From the IMG/VR virus record IMGVR_UViG_3300008117_000004, positions 62,001 to 126,000 of that record: DNA of 64,000 nt. The stretch is one strand, 5' to 3'. The stretch is from an uncultured virus (IMG/VR IMGVR_UViG_3300008117_000004). Taxonomy: Duplodnaviria; Heunggongvirae; Uroviricota; Caudoviricetes. Position 1 is the stretch's first letter; the number at the start of each line of letters is the position of its first letter. The notes under the pieces were generated by a model. It did no database searches. It saw only the letters and a list, made by a program, of their open reading frames with translations, and was not told the origin of the DNA. The translations under genes and the position numbers were made by a program. Positions 1-9,447 of this stretch are shown here, one piece after another.

Positions 1-8
1 ATATTCAC

Positions 9-728
9 ATGGAGTATAATATAGTAGCAATAGACCCCTCACTTATATCAACAGCACTAGTGGTAAGTTCTGGAAATACATTCAAAATTTACAACTATTG
101 TAGAGAAAGTAAAGTGATGGGTAAGAAAGGAATGACTAAATGGTTTAAGTTAGCTGAACAATATGTTAGTTATAAGTATGTTGAATATAGAGATTTTAAA
201 GACTATTCAGAAGGTGAATTGGTAAAATTAAAAGACTATGATAAAATAACTGATCAAATCATTGAAGATATTTTAGAAAATATAGACATCAAAAAACCAA
301 CTAAAGTTGGTATCGAAGGTTATAACTTTGGTGCTCAAGTTGGTGACTTAATAGACCTTGTTACATTCTCAACACTTTTAAGAAAAAAATTGTTTGATAG
401 GATAACAAAAGATATTTTAGTTCTTTCACCATCGTCTTTAAAGTTGGAATCTTGTAAATTAACTTACAAACCAATCATAACAGAGGTTGGTAAGAAAAAG
501 AAAACGATAAAAGAAGAATGGAGAAATAATATAGGTATAGCGGGTGGAAAATTCACAAAATCTGATGTTTTTTTATCAATAATAGAAAATAGTAATTGGA
601 ACGATTTTTGGTCTAAACATTGTAAGTTAGTTAAAGATGATATTATAGGTTTATCGACTATTCCGAAACCATACGAGGATATTTGTGATAGTTTTATCAT
701 ATTCAAATATCTAAGTGGTCTCTCTTGA
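9..728 (+). CDS. RuvC-like Holliday junction resolvase
   Basis: N-terminal AIDPSLISTA, central IEGY and C-terminal DICDS acidic motifs of RuvC-type RNase H-fold nucleases. Confidence 0.7.
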   Translation: MEYNIVAIDPSLISTALVVSSGNTFKIYNYCRESKVMGKKGMTKWFKLAEQYVSYKYVEYRDFKDYSEGELVKLKDYDKITDQIIEDILENIDIKKPTKVGIEGYNFGAQVGDLIDLVTFSTLLRKKLFDRITKDILVLSPSSLKLESCKLTYKPIITEVGKKKKTIKEEWRNNIGIAGGKFTKSDVFLSIIENSNWNDFWSKHCKLVKDDIIGLSTIPKPYEDICDSFIIFKYLSGLS

Positions 729-1482
729 TATATCTATTAGTGTAGCTACATAGGGGTTGTAGGTTTGTATAGTGATTTAGTTTAATTATATCCTCCTCTG
801 TTTCTGCTGTGGATAATGGTATTATATGATCTATATCCCAACCATAATTCAATTCACCATTATACAATCCTCTATTCTCCCATGTCATCCAATCTTCAAA
901 TTTTGCCTCTAAATGTAATTTTAATTCTTCAAAAGAGCATCCTAATATATTATAGGTTCTTGATGATTTTTTATAACCATTTTTTTTAAAGCATTCATAT
1001 ATGTAATTTCTTATACTTTTTTCCAATGAAAATAAAATATCAGTTTTTAATCTTTCTCTTCTTTTGTAATTTTTTATATTTTTATAATTAGATTGATAAT
1101 CTTTTATTTTATCTTTGTTATTCTCTCTATATTTTTTGGATTTTAGTAAAAACTCTTCTCTGTTGTTTTGATAGTATTCTTGTTTTTTTAACTTTTGTTC
1201 ATCTTCGTTTTCATCTCTCCATTTTTTATTATACTCGGATATTTTTAATTTATCCTCTTGTGTGAGATTATTTCTTCGTATTTGATCTTTTTCTAAAATT
1301 GAATCAATATTTTTATTTCTCCAATCCTTTTTATATTGTTTTATAACATCTTTATTTATCTCATGATATAATTTTGATTGATCATTATGACATTTTTTAC
1401 AAATACTTCTATAACCATTTTTCTTCTTATAAAAATCAGTTATATCTTTCATTTCTTTACATTTACTACATTCTTTTTCCAT
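703..1482 (-). CDS. HNH homing endonuclease with N-terminal CxxC..CxxC and Lys/Arg-rich helical repeats
   Basis: CSKC/CKKC; C-terminal WDIDHIIPL...NHYTNLQPLC...N. Confidence 0.85.
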   Translation of the reverse strand: MEKECSKCKEMKDITDFYKKKNGYRSICKKCHNDQSKLYHEINKDVIKQYKKDWRNKNIDSILEKDQIRRNNLTQEDKLKISEYNKKWRDENEDEQKLKKQEYYQNNREEFLLKSKKYRENNKDKIKDYQSNYKNIKNYKRRERLKTDILFSLEKSIRNYIYECFKKNGYKKSSRTYNILGCSFEELKLHLEAKFEDWMTWENRGLYNGELNYGWDIDHIIPLSTAETEEDIIKLNHYTNLQPLCSYTNRYIKRDHLDI

Positions 1483-1544
1483 AAACTATATATTAGTTTA
1501 CTAAAATGGAAATGTTTTCAAATACTCTAATTGAGTGACTTTTT

Positions 1545-2054
1545 TTATAACATATCGTCTAATCCAACCAACATCTCACAAGTAAGACCTTTTCTATTTC
1601 TTAGGTTAACATTAGTTTTTATTACTCTACCATTATAACTTAATTGTACTGGAACAAAAGCTCTAATAGAAACACCTGATGAAGATTTAACTATCTTAAC
1701 ATAAGATATATCACCTGGGAATTCTTTTTTAAGTTTATTAGTATAGAAAAACTCTATTTTACTTTTCTCAAGTTTACCAACAGTAAGTGGTATACTATCA
1801 ATTTTTTCTAATTCTTTACATTTTTCTAATAACTCTTTTGATATACCCAATTTCTCAGCAACACCAAAATCAATACTTGATGACTTAGCACCGGTATCAA
1901 ATTTTGCGGTTACTTCAACACTTCTACCATTATGAGTTAAGGTAACTTTGTGACTATTATAGTAAATCTTATCTTTACTTGTATATTCAAGATTTACATC
2001 ACCACCAGTTGATGATGATGTAAACCATTGATTAAATTCTTTTAAATGTTTCAT
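1545..2054 (-). CDS. Retropepsin-like aspartic protease (RimK-associated / 'ATP-dependent zinc protease' family); probable start 2054
   Basis: AKFDTGA catalytic motif, SSSG flap, C-terminal MLVG; ATG at 2054 overlaps the upstream stop. Confidence 0.7.
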   Translation of the reverse strand: MKHLKEFNQWFTSSSTGGDVNLEYTSKDKIYYNSHKVTLTHNGRSVEVTAKFDTGAKSSSIDFGVAEKLGISKELLEKCKELEKIDSIPLTVGKLEKSKIEFFYTNKLKKEFPGDISYVKIVKSSSGVSIRAFVPVQLSYNGRVIKTNVNLRNRKGLTCEMLVGLDDML

Positions 2055-5000
2055 AAACTTAAATGCCATTTTTTATCTTTAGAAGTTTCTTTCCATTGTT
2101 CAGGTTCATATTTCTCAATATAAGGTATTATGAAGTCTGCTAATTCTTTAAGATCATTATTATTTAATTTTCTTGAGTTATATGCCCAAGTATAAGCTTG
2201 AATCCATCCAAACTCAATTCCCATATTAGCACAATATTCTAAAATATCCAATCTCGCGTATTCAGAAGCCCATTTAAGAACCATCATTCTTCCTCTTGAA
2301 TCTGTTAGCTTAACATTTCTCTTAACAAGTAATTCAAATGTTGTTAAGTAACTCTCACCTCTGTCACCAGTTCTTTTGTAATTAGCGTCATCAAATGAAC
2401 CTCTACAAGATCTTCTAACCGGTAGTGAATTTTCAAAATTAGGATCAACATTATTATCCAATAGGAACTCAACCGCATTTATATCACCACTGATAGTTTC
2501 ATAAACTACTGGTGTTACAATTGATTGGTGTGAAATCAATAACTTAATCATATCTAATGATTTAGCACCATTAATAACTGCTGTTTTCTTATCAGGAACC
2601 ATCTGACCATTAACATTAATTTGTCTAACATTTGGATCAGCACCCATTTCAAGTATATACTTAGCTTTCTCTAAATCATCTTCTTGGACAGCCCAATCAA
2701 GAGCACATTTCTTAGTTGAATAATCAAGGTGGTTGATACTAGCTCCCCATTTCTTAACATATTCCTCTAAGTCTTTAATTGTTTTACCAGGTTTAGTAAT
2801 TTCAATTTCAGCTTCTCTTGATTTTCTTCTTCTTTCTAATTCCTCACTTGAAAGTGGTCTCATTAAAGCGAATACTGGACCATAACTAGAAATATCAGAA
2901 TCAGATGCTCCTAATTCTTTAGCTTTCTTTTCAGCATCAGCATTAATATCGTATTCTTTACCCCAGTCTCTTAATATATCAACTAGTCTTGAAGCAACAT
3001 TACCATCTGTTTTATTATGAGCTGCTCTAATATAGTTTCTTGAATTTGGTTGAATTGTTACACCAATTGTCCACATATTATTTGTTGATGGTAAATTAAA
3101 GTTATAAATATAATATTGTTTATTTTCATAAGTTAATCGTCCATTTGTGCTATTTACATAACCATCCCATTGTCCACGGCTTGTAACAATACAGTGTGTT
3201 GTATGACCATTTAGCATTCTATTAGCCTCATAAGAAGCAACTTCTAAAATTAAAATTCCTTTTTCAAAGAAAACTTCTTTTGCTCCAGATGCTCCCCATT
3301 TCATATTACAAGCTTGTAATTTTTTATAGAATTCATCAAATGAACCATTACCACAAGAGTTAAGATAACCATTCGCATTTTGTATTAACTCAATAATTGT
3401 CTTAAATCTTGATATAGGACTTCTAAAAACAACCTTACCAAATGTTTTCGAACCTTCTCTATCATCCATCATCATCTGACCCCAGAAACCTTTATATAAT
3501 TCTGGATCTAATTCACTAAAAGAAGAGGCTAAATCTCTGAATTGATCCTTGATATAATTAGGAGAATCTTTTAAATCTCTTTTTAGGTGTGGTGGTAAGT
3601 CAGACTCTAATCTCTTGTAAGCTCTTTGAGCAGGTAATTTATTCAATGAGTCAATTAATTTCTCATTATTATTTGGTATTTTAATATCAATAAAGTTTAA
3701 ATCAAAAGGTTTATCTAATAAATTAAGAATATCTTTATTCTCAATTAATTGTTGATATAAGTTTGTTAAATCTTCTAATGATATATTCTCAGCGTAATAG
3801 AAATAAACAAAATTAAATAACCAACCAATATTATCTCTATCCAACTGATATTCTTTACCATCAACCGTTGTTTTTATTTCACGAATTGATTTAAATTCAG
3901 GGGTTGTAATTAACTCTCTTAATTTATCATCATTTACCGGAATAGTTCTCATCACACCTGATAACTCTTTTCTTTTCTCAGAATCAACTAAAGTAAAGTC
4001 ATTAGGTGTAAGTATTTTCTTCTCACCTCTTCCTAACTCTAGTTTCATTTTATCAGAAGTTGATTGATCAAATAAGTTTTCTAAACCAATTTTATTAGCC
4101 GCAGTTGTTAAGATATAAGTATCTTTCATAAACTTTTTAGCCTTATCTAAATTCTCATTTAAGATAAATTCGGATTTAATCAATTTTGATTTCTCTCTGA
4201 TTTTAATTCTTTCATTCAACATCTCTATTTCTCTTAAATAGATTTCTTTACCTTCTTTTAAGAATTGAGAAAGAAACTTAACTTTTTCATAATCACCACT
4301 ATCTAAAGCATCATCAATTAACTCTTGGATTTCTCTTGGTGACATATTACTATAATCTTGTTCTCTTTGAGCTGTAGCTCTTTTTAATTTTTCAATTTCA
4401 TCCTCTTCATCATCAACCGTTGTCTCTGGTTGTTTTGGCTCGTTTTCGGAAGGAAGAGCAGATTTAAGATCTTTTTCTCTTTCCATTCTTTCCATTTCTT
4501 CTTCAAAATCAACTTCTTCTTTAATCAATTCTTCGATTTTAGTTCTAGCAATCGATTCAACAAATCTTTCTTCATTAATAGTAAACTCTATTTTACCACC
4601 TTCAACGACTTTATTAAAAGAAGAAAATAAACTCTTTGTTATTTCCAAAAATTGTTCATCCGTAAATTTACCATTATTATCAATATCCATTGCTAAAAAG
4701 TATAAAACTCTCTCAACCATATTTGGATATCTATCAGCGTCTTTACAATGATAAATAAAATCTCTAAACATCTTTTGAGCTAATGGTCCATATCTAAAAT
4801 CAGAAGCTTCGTCCATATAAGAAGAAGTAGCCATTTTAATTTCCTCAGCTAATTCCTTATTCTTTTTAATAGCTGGTGATTGTAAAATCATATAGATACC
4901 TTTTACAGCCTCATGTATCAACATAGGAAAATCAACTCCAAATGCTTTAACAACAATTTTACTATAATTAGAATTTTCTTTTAATAATTCTAATTCATAT

Positions 5001-5854
5001 GATATGTTTTTACTTTCCCACAAAACTCTAACAGCCCCTGCAATTCCACCTGGATTATCTTTAAATAGATTTGATTTAATGTGTATAGGAGTTGTCCAGT
5101 CACCTTTATCAGCTTCATCTGATATAAGACCCCATAATTTTAAAATCTCACCAGAATTATCACCTAAAATGTTTTTTAATTCAGAGGAAATTAATTCAGA
5201 AAACTTGATTATATCTTTGGTTGCTTTACCAGCACCTTGAGTAATCATATTTAAGATTTGTGTTTTATCAACAGCCATAGCGACATCTTTATTAGTTACT
5301 TCTGGCTCAATAATATTTTCTAAATCTTCCTCTTCATTAGATTCTTGTTCTTCGTCATCACCTCCAAAAAAACTAAAGAAATCGTCGTCTTCTTGTGATT
5401 GAGATTGTGACTGAGTTTCATCAGATTGTTCTTCATCGGATTGAGATTCTTCTTCTTTATAATCAGGTCTAACACCAGGTTGTTCTTGTTTTTTTCCCAA
5501 TTCAGGCATTTCACCCATAACAGATTCACCTGGTCTGATTAGTCTAATATCTAATTCAATTGGTAGAAACTCAAATACTGCTTTATATTCAGTCTCAATA
5601 ACTTTTTTTGCTAAGTTTTCCAATTGAGTATATTTCTCTTCAATCTGATTTTTTGGAATAGATCTACCCATTAGTTGATCAGCTTTATCAGCATATTCCA
5701 TCAATCTACTTCGAGTTGGTTGATCTATATTAATACCTAAATTTTTAGTTGCTTCTTCTTCAGCTCTTGATGTAAAATCTTTCGGAAGACCGATGTTCTT
5801 TTTAATATCAGCTTCTTCAAAAAATTGTGAAAAGTCTTTTAATTTTAATTTCAT
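2051..5854 (-). CDS. 1267-aa multidomain protein (acidic linker, UVR-like helical hairpin, C-terminal ankyrin-like repeats); possible head-internal protein
   Basis: IQELIDDALDSGDYEKVKFL UVR-like segment; ALDWAVQEDDLEKAKYILEMGADPN and AVEFLLDNNVDPN ankyrin-like repeats; N-terminal MKLKLKDFSQFFE. Confidence 0.55.
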   Translation of the reverse strand: MKLKLKDFSQFFEEADIKKNIGLPKDFTSRAEEEATKNLGINIDQPTRSRLMEYADKADQLMGRSIPKNQIEEKYTQLENLAKKVIETEYKAVFEFLPIELDIRLIRPGESVMGEMPELGKKQEQPGVRPDYKEEESQSDEEQSDETQSQSQSQEDDDFFSFFGGDDEEQESNEEEDLENIIEPEVTNKDVAMAVDKTQILNMITQGAGKATKDIIKFSELISSELKNILGDNSGEILKLWGLISDEADKGDWTTPIHIKSNLFKDNPGGIAGAVRVLWESKNISYELELLKENSNYSKIVVKAFGVDFPMLIHEAVKGIYMILQSPAIKKNKELAEEIKMATSSYMDEASDFRYGPLAQKMFRDFIYHCKDADRYPNMVERVLYFLAMDIDNNGKFTDEQFLEITKSLFSSFNKVVEGGKIEFTINEERFVESIARTKIEELIKEEVDFEEEMERMEREKDLKSALPSENEPKQPETTVDDEEDEIEKLKRATAQREQDYSNMSPREIQELIDDALDSGDYEKVKFLSQFLKEGKEIYLREIEMLNERIKIREKSKLIKSEFILNENLDKAKKFMKDTYILTTAANKIGLENLFDQSTSDKMKLELGRGEKKILTPNDFTLVDSEKRKELSGVMRTIPVNDDKLRELITTPEFKSIREIKTTVDGKEYQLDRDNIGWLFNFVYFYYAENISLEDLTNLYQQLIENKDILNLLDKPFDLNFIDIKIPNNNEKLIDSLNKLPAQRAYKRLESDLPPHLKRDLKDSPNYIKDQFRDLASSFSELDPELYKGFWGQMMMDDREGSKTFGKVVFRSPISRFKTIIELIQNANGYLNSCGNGSFDEFYKKLQACNMKWGASGAKEVFFEKGILILEVASYEANRMLNGHTTHCIVTSRGQWDGYVNSTNGRLTYENKQYYIYNFNLPSTNNMWTIGVTIQPNSRNYIRAAHNKTDGNVASRLVDILRDWGKEYDINADAEKKAKELGASDSDISSYGPVFALMRPLSSEELERRRKSREAEIEITKPGKTIKDLEEYVKKWGASINHLDYSTKKCALDWAVQEDDLEKAKYILEMGADPNVRQINVNGQMVPDKKTAVINGAKSLDMIKLLISHQSIVTPVVYETISGDINAVEFLLDNNVDPNFENSLPVRRSCRGSFDDANYKRTGDRGESYLTTFELLVKRNVKLTDSRGRMMVLKWASEYARLDILEYCANMGIEFGWIQAYTWAYNSRKLNNNDLKELADFIIPYIEKYEPEQWKETSKDKKWHLSL

Positions 5855-5862
5855 AATTTTAA

Positions 5863-6039
5863 TTATTTTTGGAAATAAGAATCGATTTCATTTTTTTCTT
5901 CTTTTGAAAGTTCTTTATAGATTCTTTCTAATCTATCAACAACATCTTTTTCAGTAGCTGTTTTTGTTTGTTCTTTAACAACCGGTCTTTCTAAAACCTC
6001 GTTTTCAAACATTTTAATATACTTATTGATGTATTTCAT
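5863..6039 (-). CDS. 58-aa hypothetical protein (not in ORF track)
   Basis: Translated by hand: MKYINKYIKMFENEVLERPVV...IDSYFQK; TATATATTA motif at 6062-6070 upstream. Confidence 0.6.
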   Translation of the reverse strand: MKYINKYIKMFENEVLERPVVKEQTKTATEKDVVDRLERIYKELSKEEKNEIDSYFQK

Positions 6040-6126
6040 AGTAAAAAATATTTTTATAGGTTATATATTAAAATGAAATTTTCAGTTTTATCTTTTTAAT
6101 ATATAATTAAAAATTAAAATATTATT

Positions 6127-6714
6127 ATGAAAAGGTTTTCTGATATACAAAAGAAATCAAAACTTAGAAAATTCAACGAAGACGCAAATCTTCCAACAAA
6201 TTATGATGAATTATCTAAAGATGAACTTGTAAAAATGTTACAAGGTCAAGGTGCTCAAAGTCAATCTCAGGCACAATCACAGGCTCAAGCTCAGGCACAA
6301 AGTGAAGAAGAACCAAAACAATTCTTAGGCGAAGGTTCAAATCCGGGTAAATTCTTCTCTAAATTATTTGAAAGTAGAGAAATGGCACATATTTATCACT
6401 TACAAGTTAAAGGTGATATGGGTTCACATGCTAAACATACAGCGCTTGGTGATTATTATGAAGATGTTTTGGAATTAATTGATGATACGATAGAGGCATA
6501 TCAAGGTCAATATGGTATTATTGAAGAATATGATGTAATTGATACAAAAGAAACCGCTTCTAAAGATACTATTGAATATTTCAATGAATTAGCTACTTTT
6601 ATTAAAGTTGAGAGAAAATGTATTAATGAGGAAGATACTCATTTACATAGTATTATTGATGATATTGTAGTTCTTCTTTATAAAACACTTTACAAATTAA
6701 AATATACTAAATAA
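6127..6714 (+). CDS. Ferritin/Dps-like four-helix-bundle protein (DUF5856-like) with Gln/Ala linker
   Basis: AHIYHLQ...HAKHTALGDYYE...IDDTIEAYQGQYG...LYKTLYKL. Confidence 0.7.
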   Translation: MKRFSDIQKKSKLRKFNEDANLPTNYDELSKDELVKMLQGQGAQSQSQAQSQAQAQAQSEEEPKQFLGEGSNPGKFFSKLFESREMAHIYHLQVKGDMGSHAKHTALGDYYEDVLELIDDTIEAYQGQYGIIEEYDVIDTKETASKDTIEYFNELATFIKVERKCINEEDTHLHSIIDDIVVLLYKTLYKLKYTK

Positions 6715-7076
6715 TGAAATATTTGAGAAGGTTTAATGAGAGTTATGAATTAGATCCAGTTAAGTCTAACTTAGAAAGAATTTTATATAAATTAGAAAAA
6801 TTTGATTTCAAAACAAAGGTTGATAACAAAGATAACTACCTTATTATTGAGATAACAAAAAACTCTGATGGAATTAGAGTCTTTAACTCTATTGATATTA
6901 AAGATGTAATATCTGAAGTTAATGAGTACTTAACATTAGGTGAAGGTTTACATCTAGAAGATATCGAGTCAACCGAAGTTAGAGGATTTCATCCAGAAAA
7001 AATCTCTATCGACATTAATAGACTTTTAAGAGATGATAGAAATTTTGTTAAATTAGTCTTATATTACTTTATATAG
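6714..7076 (+). CDS. Hypothetical protein with MKYLRRFNES N-terminus
   Basis: ORF translationally coupled (TAATG) to upstream gene. Confidence 0.6.
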   Translation: MKYLRRFNESYELDPVKSNLERILYKLEKFDFKTKVDNKDNYLIIEITKNSDGIRVFNSIDIKDVISEVNEYLTLGEGLHLEDIESTEVRGFHPEKISIDINRLLRDDRNFVKLVLYYFI

Positions 7077-7082
7077 ATAATT

Positions 7083-7108
7083 AAACCCACTTTTAAAGTG
7101 GGTTTTTT
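7083..7108. terminator. Bidirectional intrinsic terminator
   Basis: AAACCCACTTT-T-AAAGTGGGTTT inverted repeat with T-run between convergent genes. Confidence 0.7.
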
Positions 7109-7362
7109 ATTTCAATCTTTCCAAAATAATTACTATTTACACTTGTAACAGAATATCTTGATTTAACTGCCATTTTTGGTGAAAATTGACTATCTTTTAT
7201 TTCTCTATTAAGGTTATAAACTTTATTTATTTTCACCCTTCTAATATTCTGTTTTAAACTACCATCAATTATAGGATTAGATGTTTGTATTATATACGGA
7301 GCAAAAACATAACCAGGTTCTAAATTACTTTTCTTTCCTACTAATTCCATATATTTTTTCAA
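7093..7362 (-). CDS. Mini-protein resembling the C-terminal segment of a gp23-type major capsid protein
   Basis: PGYVFAPYI...FSPKMAVKSRY...NYFGKIEI versus gp23 AGIYYAPYV...FQPVMGFKTRY...YFRRVYV (recalled sequence). Confidence 0.65.
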   Translation of the reverse strand: MKKYMELVGKKSNLEPGYVFAPYIIQTSNPIIDGSLKQNIRRVKINKVYNLNREIKDSQFSPKMAVKSRYSVTSVNSNYFGKIEIKNPL

Positions 7363-7483
7363 TTTTTTTCTTTCTCATTTTATGACGAGTGATTTGAAAT
7401 GGTTGGAACCAATGACTATATGGATTTAACCTGGAACCAGGACCACCAAGTACAATTGTATTAGGATCGGGAGCTACAAACAT
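7325..7483 (-). CDS. 52-aa hypothetical protein (not in ORF track)
   Basis: Translated by hand: MFVAPDPNTIVLGGPGSRLNPYSHWFQPFQITRHKMRKKKIEKIYGISRKEK; fills the gap in a minus-strand operon. Confidence 0.5.
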   Translation of the reverse strand: MFVAPDPNTIVLGGPGSRLNPYSHWFQPFQITRHKMRKKKIEKIYGISRKEK

Positions 7484-7486
7484 AAT

Positions 7487-7804
7487 TTATTTCTTTTCTA
7501 TATAAAGGTATTTTCTACCTTCATCTTTATATGAATTTAAGTTACTTAAAGTTGTGTCTAGCTTATCAAATGTATTATCTAAATCTTTTTTAACGAGCTC
7601 TAAAGAAGCTATAGAATCATCTATTTGATCATTTCCTTTATCTGATAGATTTTTATAGTTATTTAATTCAATTATTAATGACTCTAAATATTTATTTTTT
7701 TCATTTAAAACATCTAAAAAGTCTTCAACTTCATTGATAATCTCATCTACTCTTTCGTTAGATAGTTCAACTTGTTCATTTTCAAAAAATCTCTTAATTC
7801 TCAT
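7487..7804 (-). CDS. Coiled-coil hypothetical protein with MRIKRFFENE N-terminus
   Basis: ORF with heptad-like pattern. Confidence 0.6.
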   Translation of the reverse strand: MRIKRFFENEQVELSNERVDEIINEVEDFLDVLNEKNKYLESLIIELNNYKNLSDKGNDQIDDSIASLELVKKDLDNTFDKLDTTLSNLNSYKDEGRKYLYIEKK

Positions 7805-7822
7805 ATTTTCAATAATTAAATT

Positions 7823-7836
7823 TTAATATATATTAA
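7823..7836. promoter_or_regulatory. Palindromic TTAATATATATTAA; putative bidirectional late-type promoter
   Basis: TAATATATA motif on both strands between divergent genes; motif recurs before many genes. Confidence 0.5.
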
Positions 7837-7838
7837 AT

Positions 7839-8735
7839 ATGTCAATTCAAAGAAATACTAAAAAGAAAAATACTAAATCATTTATTGAAGATTGTATCAC
7901 AAAAAGAGGTGATGAGTATGATTATTCATTAGTATCTTATGTTAATAACAAAGTTAAAGTTAAAATAATATGTAAATTTCATGGTATTTTTGAACAAACA
8001 CCTAATAATCATTTAAGAGGTCAAGATTGTCCGGAATGCTCAGATAAACATTTTAATAAAAAGAATAATAAAGATATAATTAATGACTTTATCTTATTAA
8101 ATGGTGATAAGTATGATTATTCAAAAGTGGATTATAAAGGTAGTAAGATAAAGGTTAAAATAATATGTAGAAAACATGGTGAATTTGAACAAACACCTAA
8201 TAATCATCTAAAAGGACAAGATTGTCCAAAATGTAAAAAAATAACAACTGAAACTTTTATAGAAAGGTCAAATAATATACATTTGAAAAAATATGACTAT
8301 AAATTAGTTGAGTATATCAACATGAATAAGAAAGTTGATATAATATGTTTGAAACATGGAAAATTCAAACAAATGCCACATTCACATTTAAGTGGAGTTG
8401 GTTGTCCAAAATGTCAAGAATCTAAAGGAGAAAGAGAGATTAGAAGAATATTAGAATTTAATAATATAGAATATATAAGTCAACACTCATTTAAAGAATG
8501 TTTTTATAAAAAAGAATTAAGATTCGATTTTTATTTACCTAAATTAAATATTTGTATAGAATACGATGGTGAACAACACTTCAAACCTATTGATTTTTAT
8601 GGTGGTCAAGAAAGTTTTAAAATACAAAAGAGAAGAGATTTGATAAAATCAAATTATTGTAATTCTAATAATATCAAACTAATAAGAATATCTTATAAAG
8701 ATGATATAAAAAATAAAATAGAAGATAATGTCTAA
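7839..8735 (+). CDS. Homing endonuclease-like protein: three Zn-ribbon repeats (CxxHGxFxQxxxxHLxGxxCPxC) plus C-terminal PD-(D/E)XK/Vsr-like nuclease
   Basis: Repeats visible; FDFYLP..CIEYDGEQH nuclease motif. Confidence 0.85.
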   Translation: MSIQRNTKKKNTKSFIEDCITKRGDEYDYSLVSYVNNKVKVKIICKFHGIFEQTPNNHLRGQDCPECSDKHFNKKNNKDIINDFILLNGDKYDYSKVDYKGSKIKVKIICRKHGEFEQTPNNHLKGQDCPKCKKITTETFIERSNNIHLKKYDYKLVEYINMNKKVDIICLKHGKFKQMPHSHLSGVGCPKCQESKGEREIRRILEFNNIEYISQHSFKECFYKKELRFDFYLPKLNICIEYDGEQHFKPIDFYGGQESFKIQKRRDLIKSNYCNSNNIKLIRISYKDDIKNKIEDNV

Positions 8736-9426
8736 TAGAATAATAAAAAAATTTGAAAAATTTAATGAAAGTTTTACCGAATTCAATCTTCAAAGATTTG
8801 GTGCTGAGACATCAGCTGGGTCTATATCAGGTGTTGATGATCCAAAATTATCTTTAAATGCGTTTGATAAAAACCAAGATGCTATTAGACAAGCAATGGC
8901 TAGAATAAATGATATTATGTTTAAATTATCAGGTTCAAATGCTTATGCTCAACTAAGAGGTAAATTAGCACTTGAAGATCAAGATATAAAAAGTATGAAA
9001 ATACTTAGAATTTTAAAATCTCATAATATTTATTATAATGTTTATTTAACTTTTATAATTGGTGAAAAAGAATATTGGGGGGTTATTGAAAATATTTTTA
9101 GTCCAAATGCTGAACTAGAATCAGAAGTTTTTAAAGACTATGATTTATACCAAGCAAAAGAATGGGTTATTAAAATAAAGGGATTGATAATTAAAACTAT
9201 CAAAGAGTGGTTAAAACCAGAACCAGGAACATATAAACTTATAAATGATGAAATTATTTGTTATTCAATTGAAACTGGAAAACAACTAATCATGGATAAA
9301 GGTTTAGAAATAGAGGTTGTAAGATCACACCCTGATAAAATCATAGTAAGACATGGTGATGAAACTTACAACCTTGTAGGTGATAATTATATTTACTTCA
9401 ATTGGTGGTTCGAAAGGGAAGTTTAA
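8728..9426 (+). CDS. Hypothetical protein with IIKKFEKFNES N-terminus
   Basis: 232-aa ORF overlapping upstream stop. Confidence 0.6.
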   Translation: MSNRIIKKFEKFNESFTEFNLQRFGAETSAGSISGVDDPKLSLNAFDKNQDAIRQAMARINDIMFKLSGSNAYAQLRGKLALEDQDIKSMKILRILKSHNIYYNVYLTFIIGEKEYWGVIENIFSPNAELESEVFKDYDLYQAKEWVIKIKGLIIKTIKEWLKPEPGTYKLINDEIICYSIETGKQLIMDKGLEIEVVRSHPDKIIVRHGDETYNLVGDNYIYFNWWFEREV

Positions 9427-9447
9427 ATAGTAGTTCAATTAGATTAC

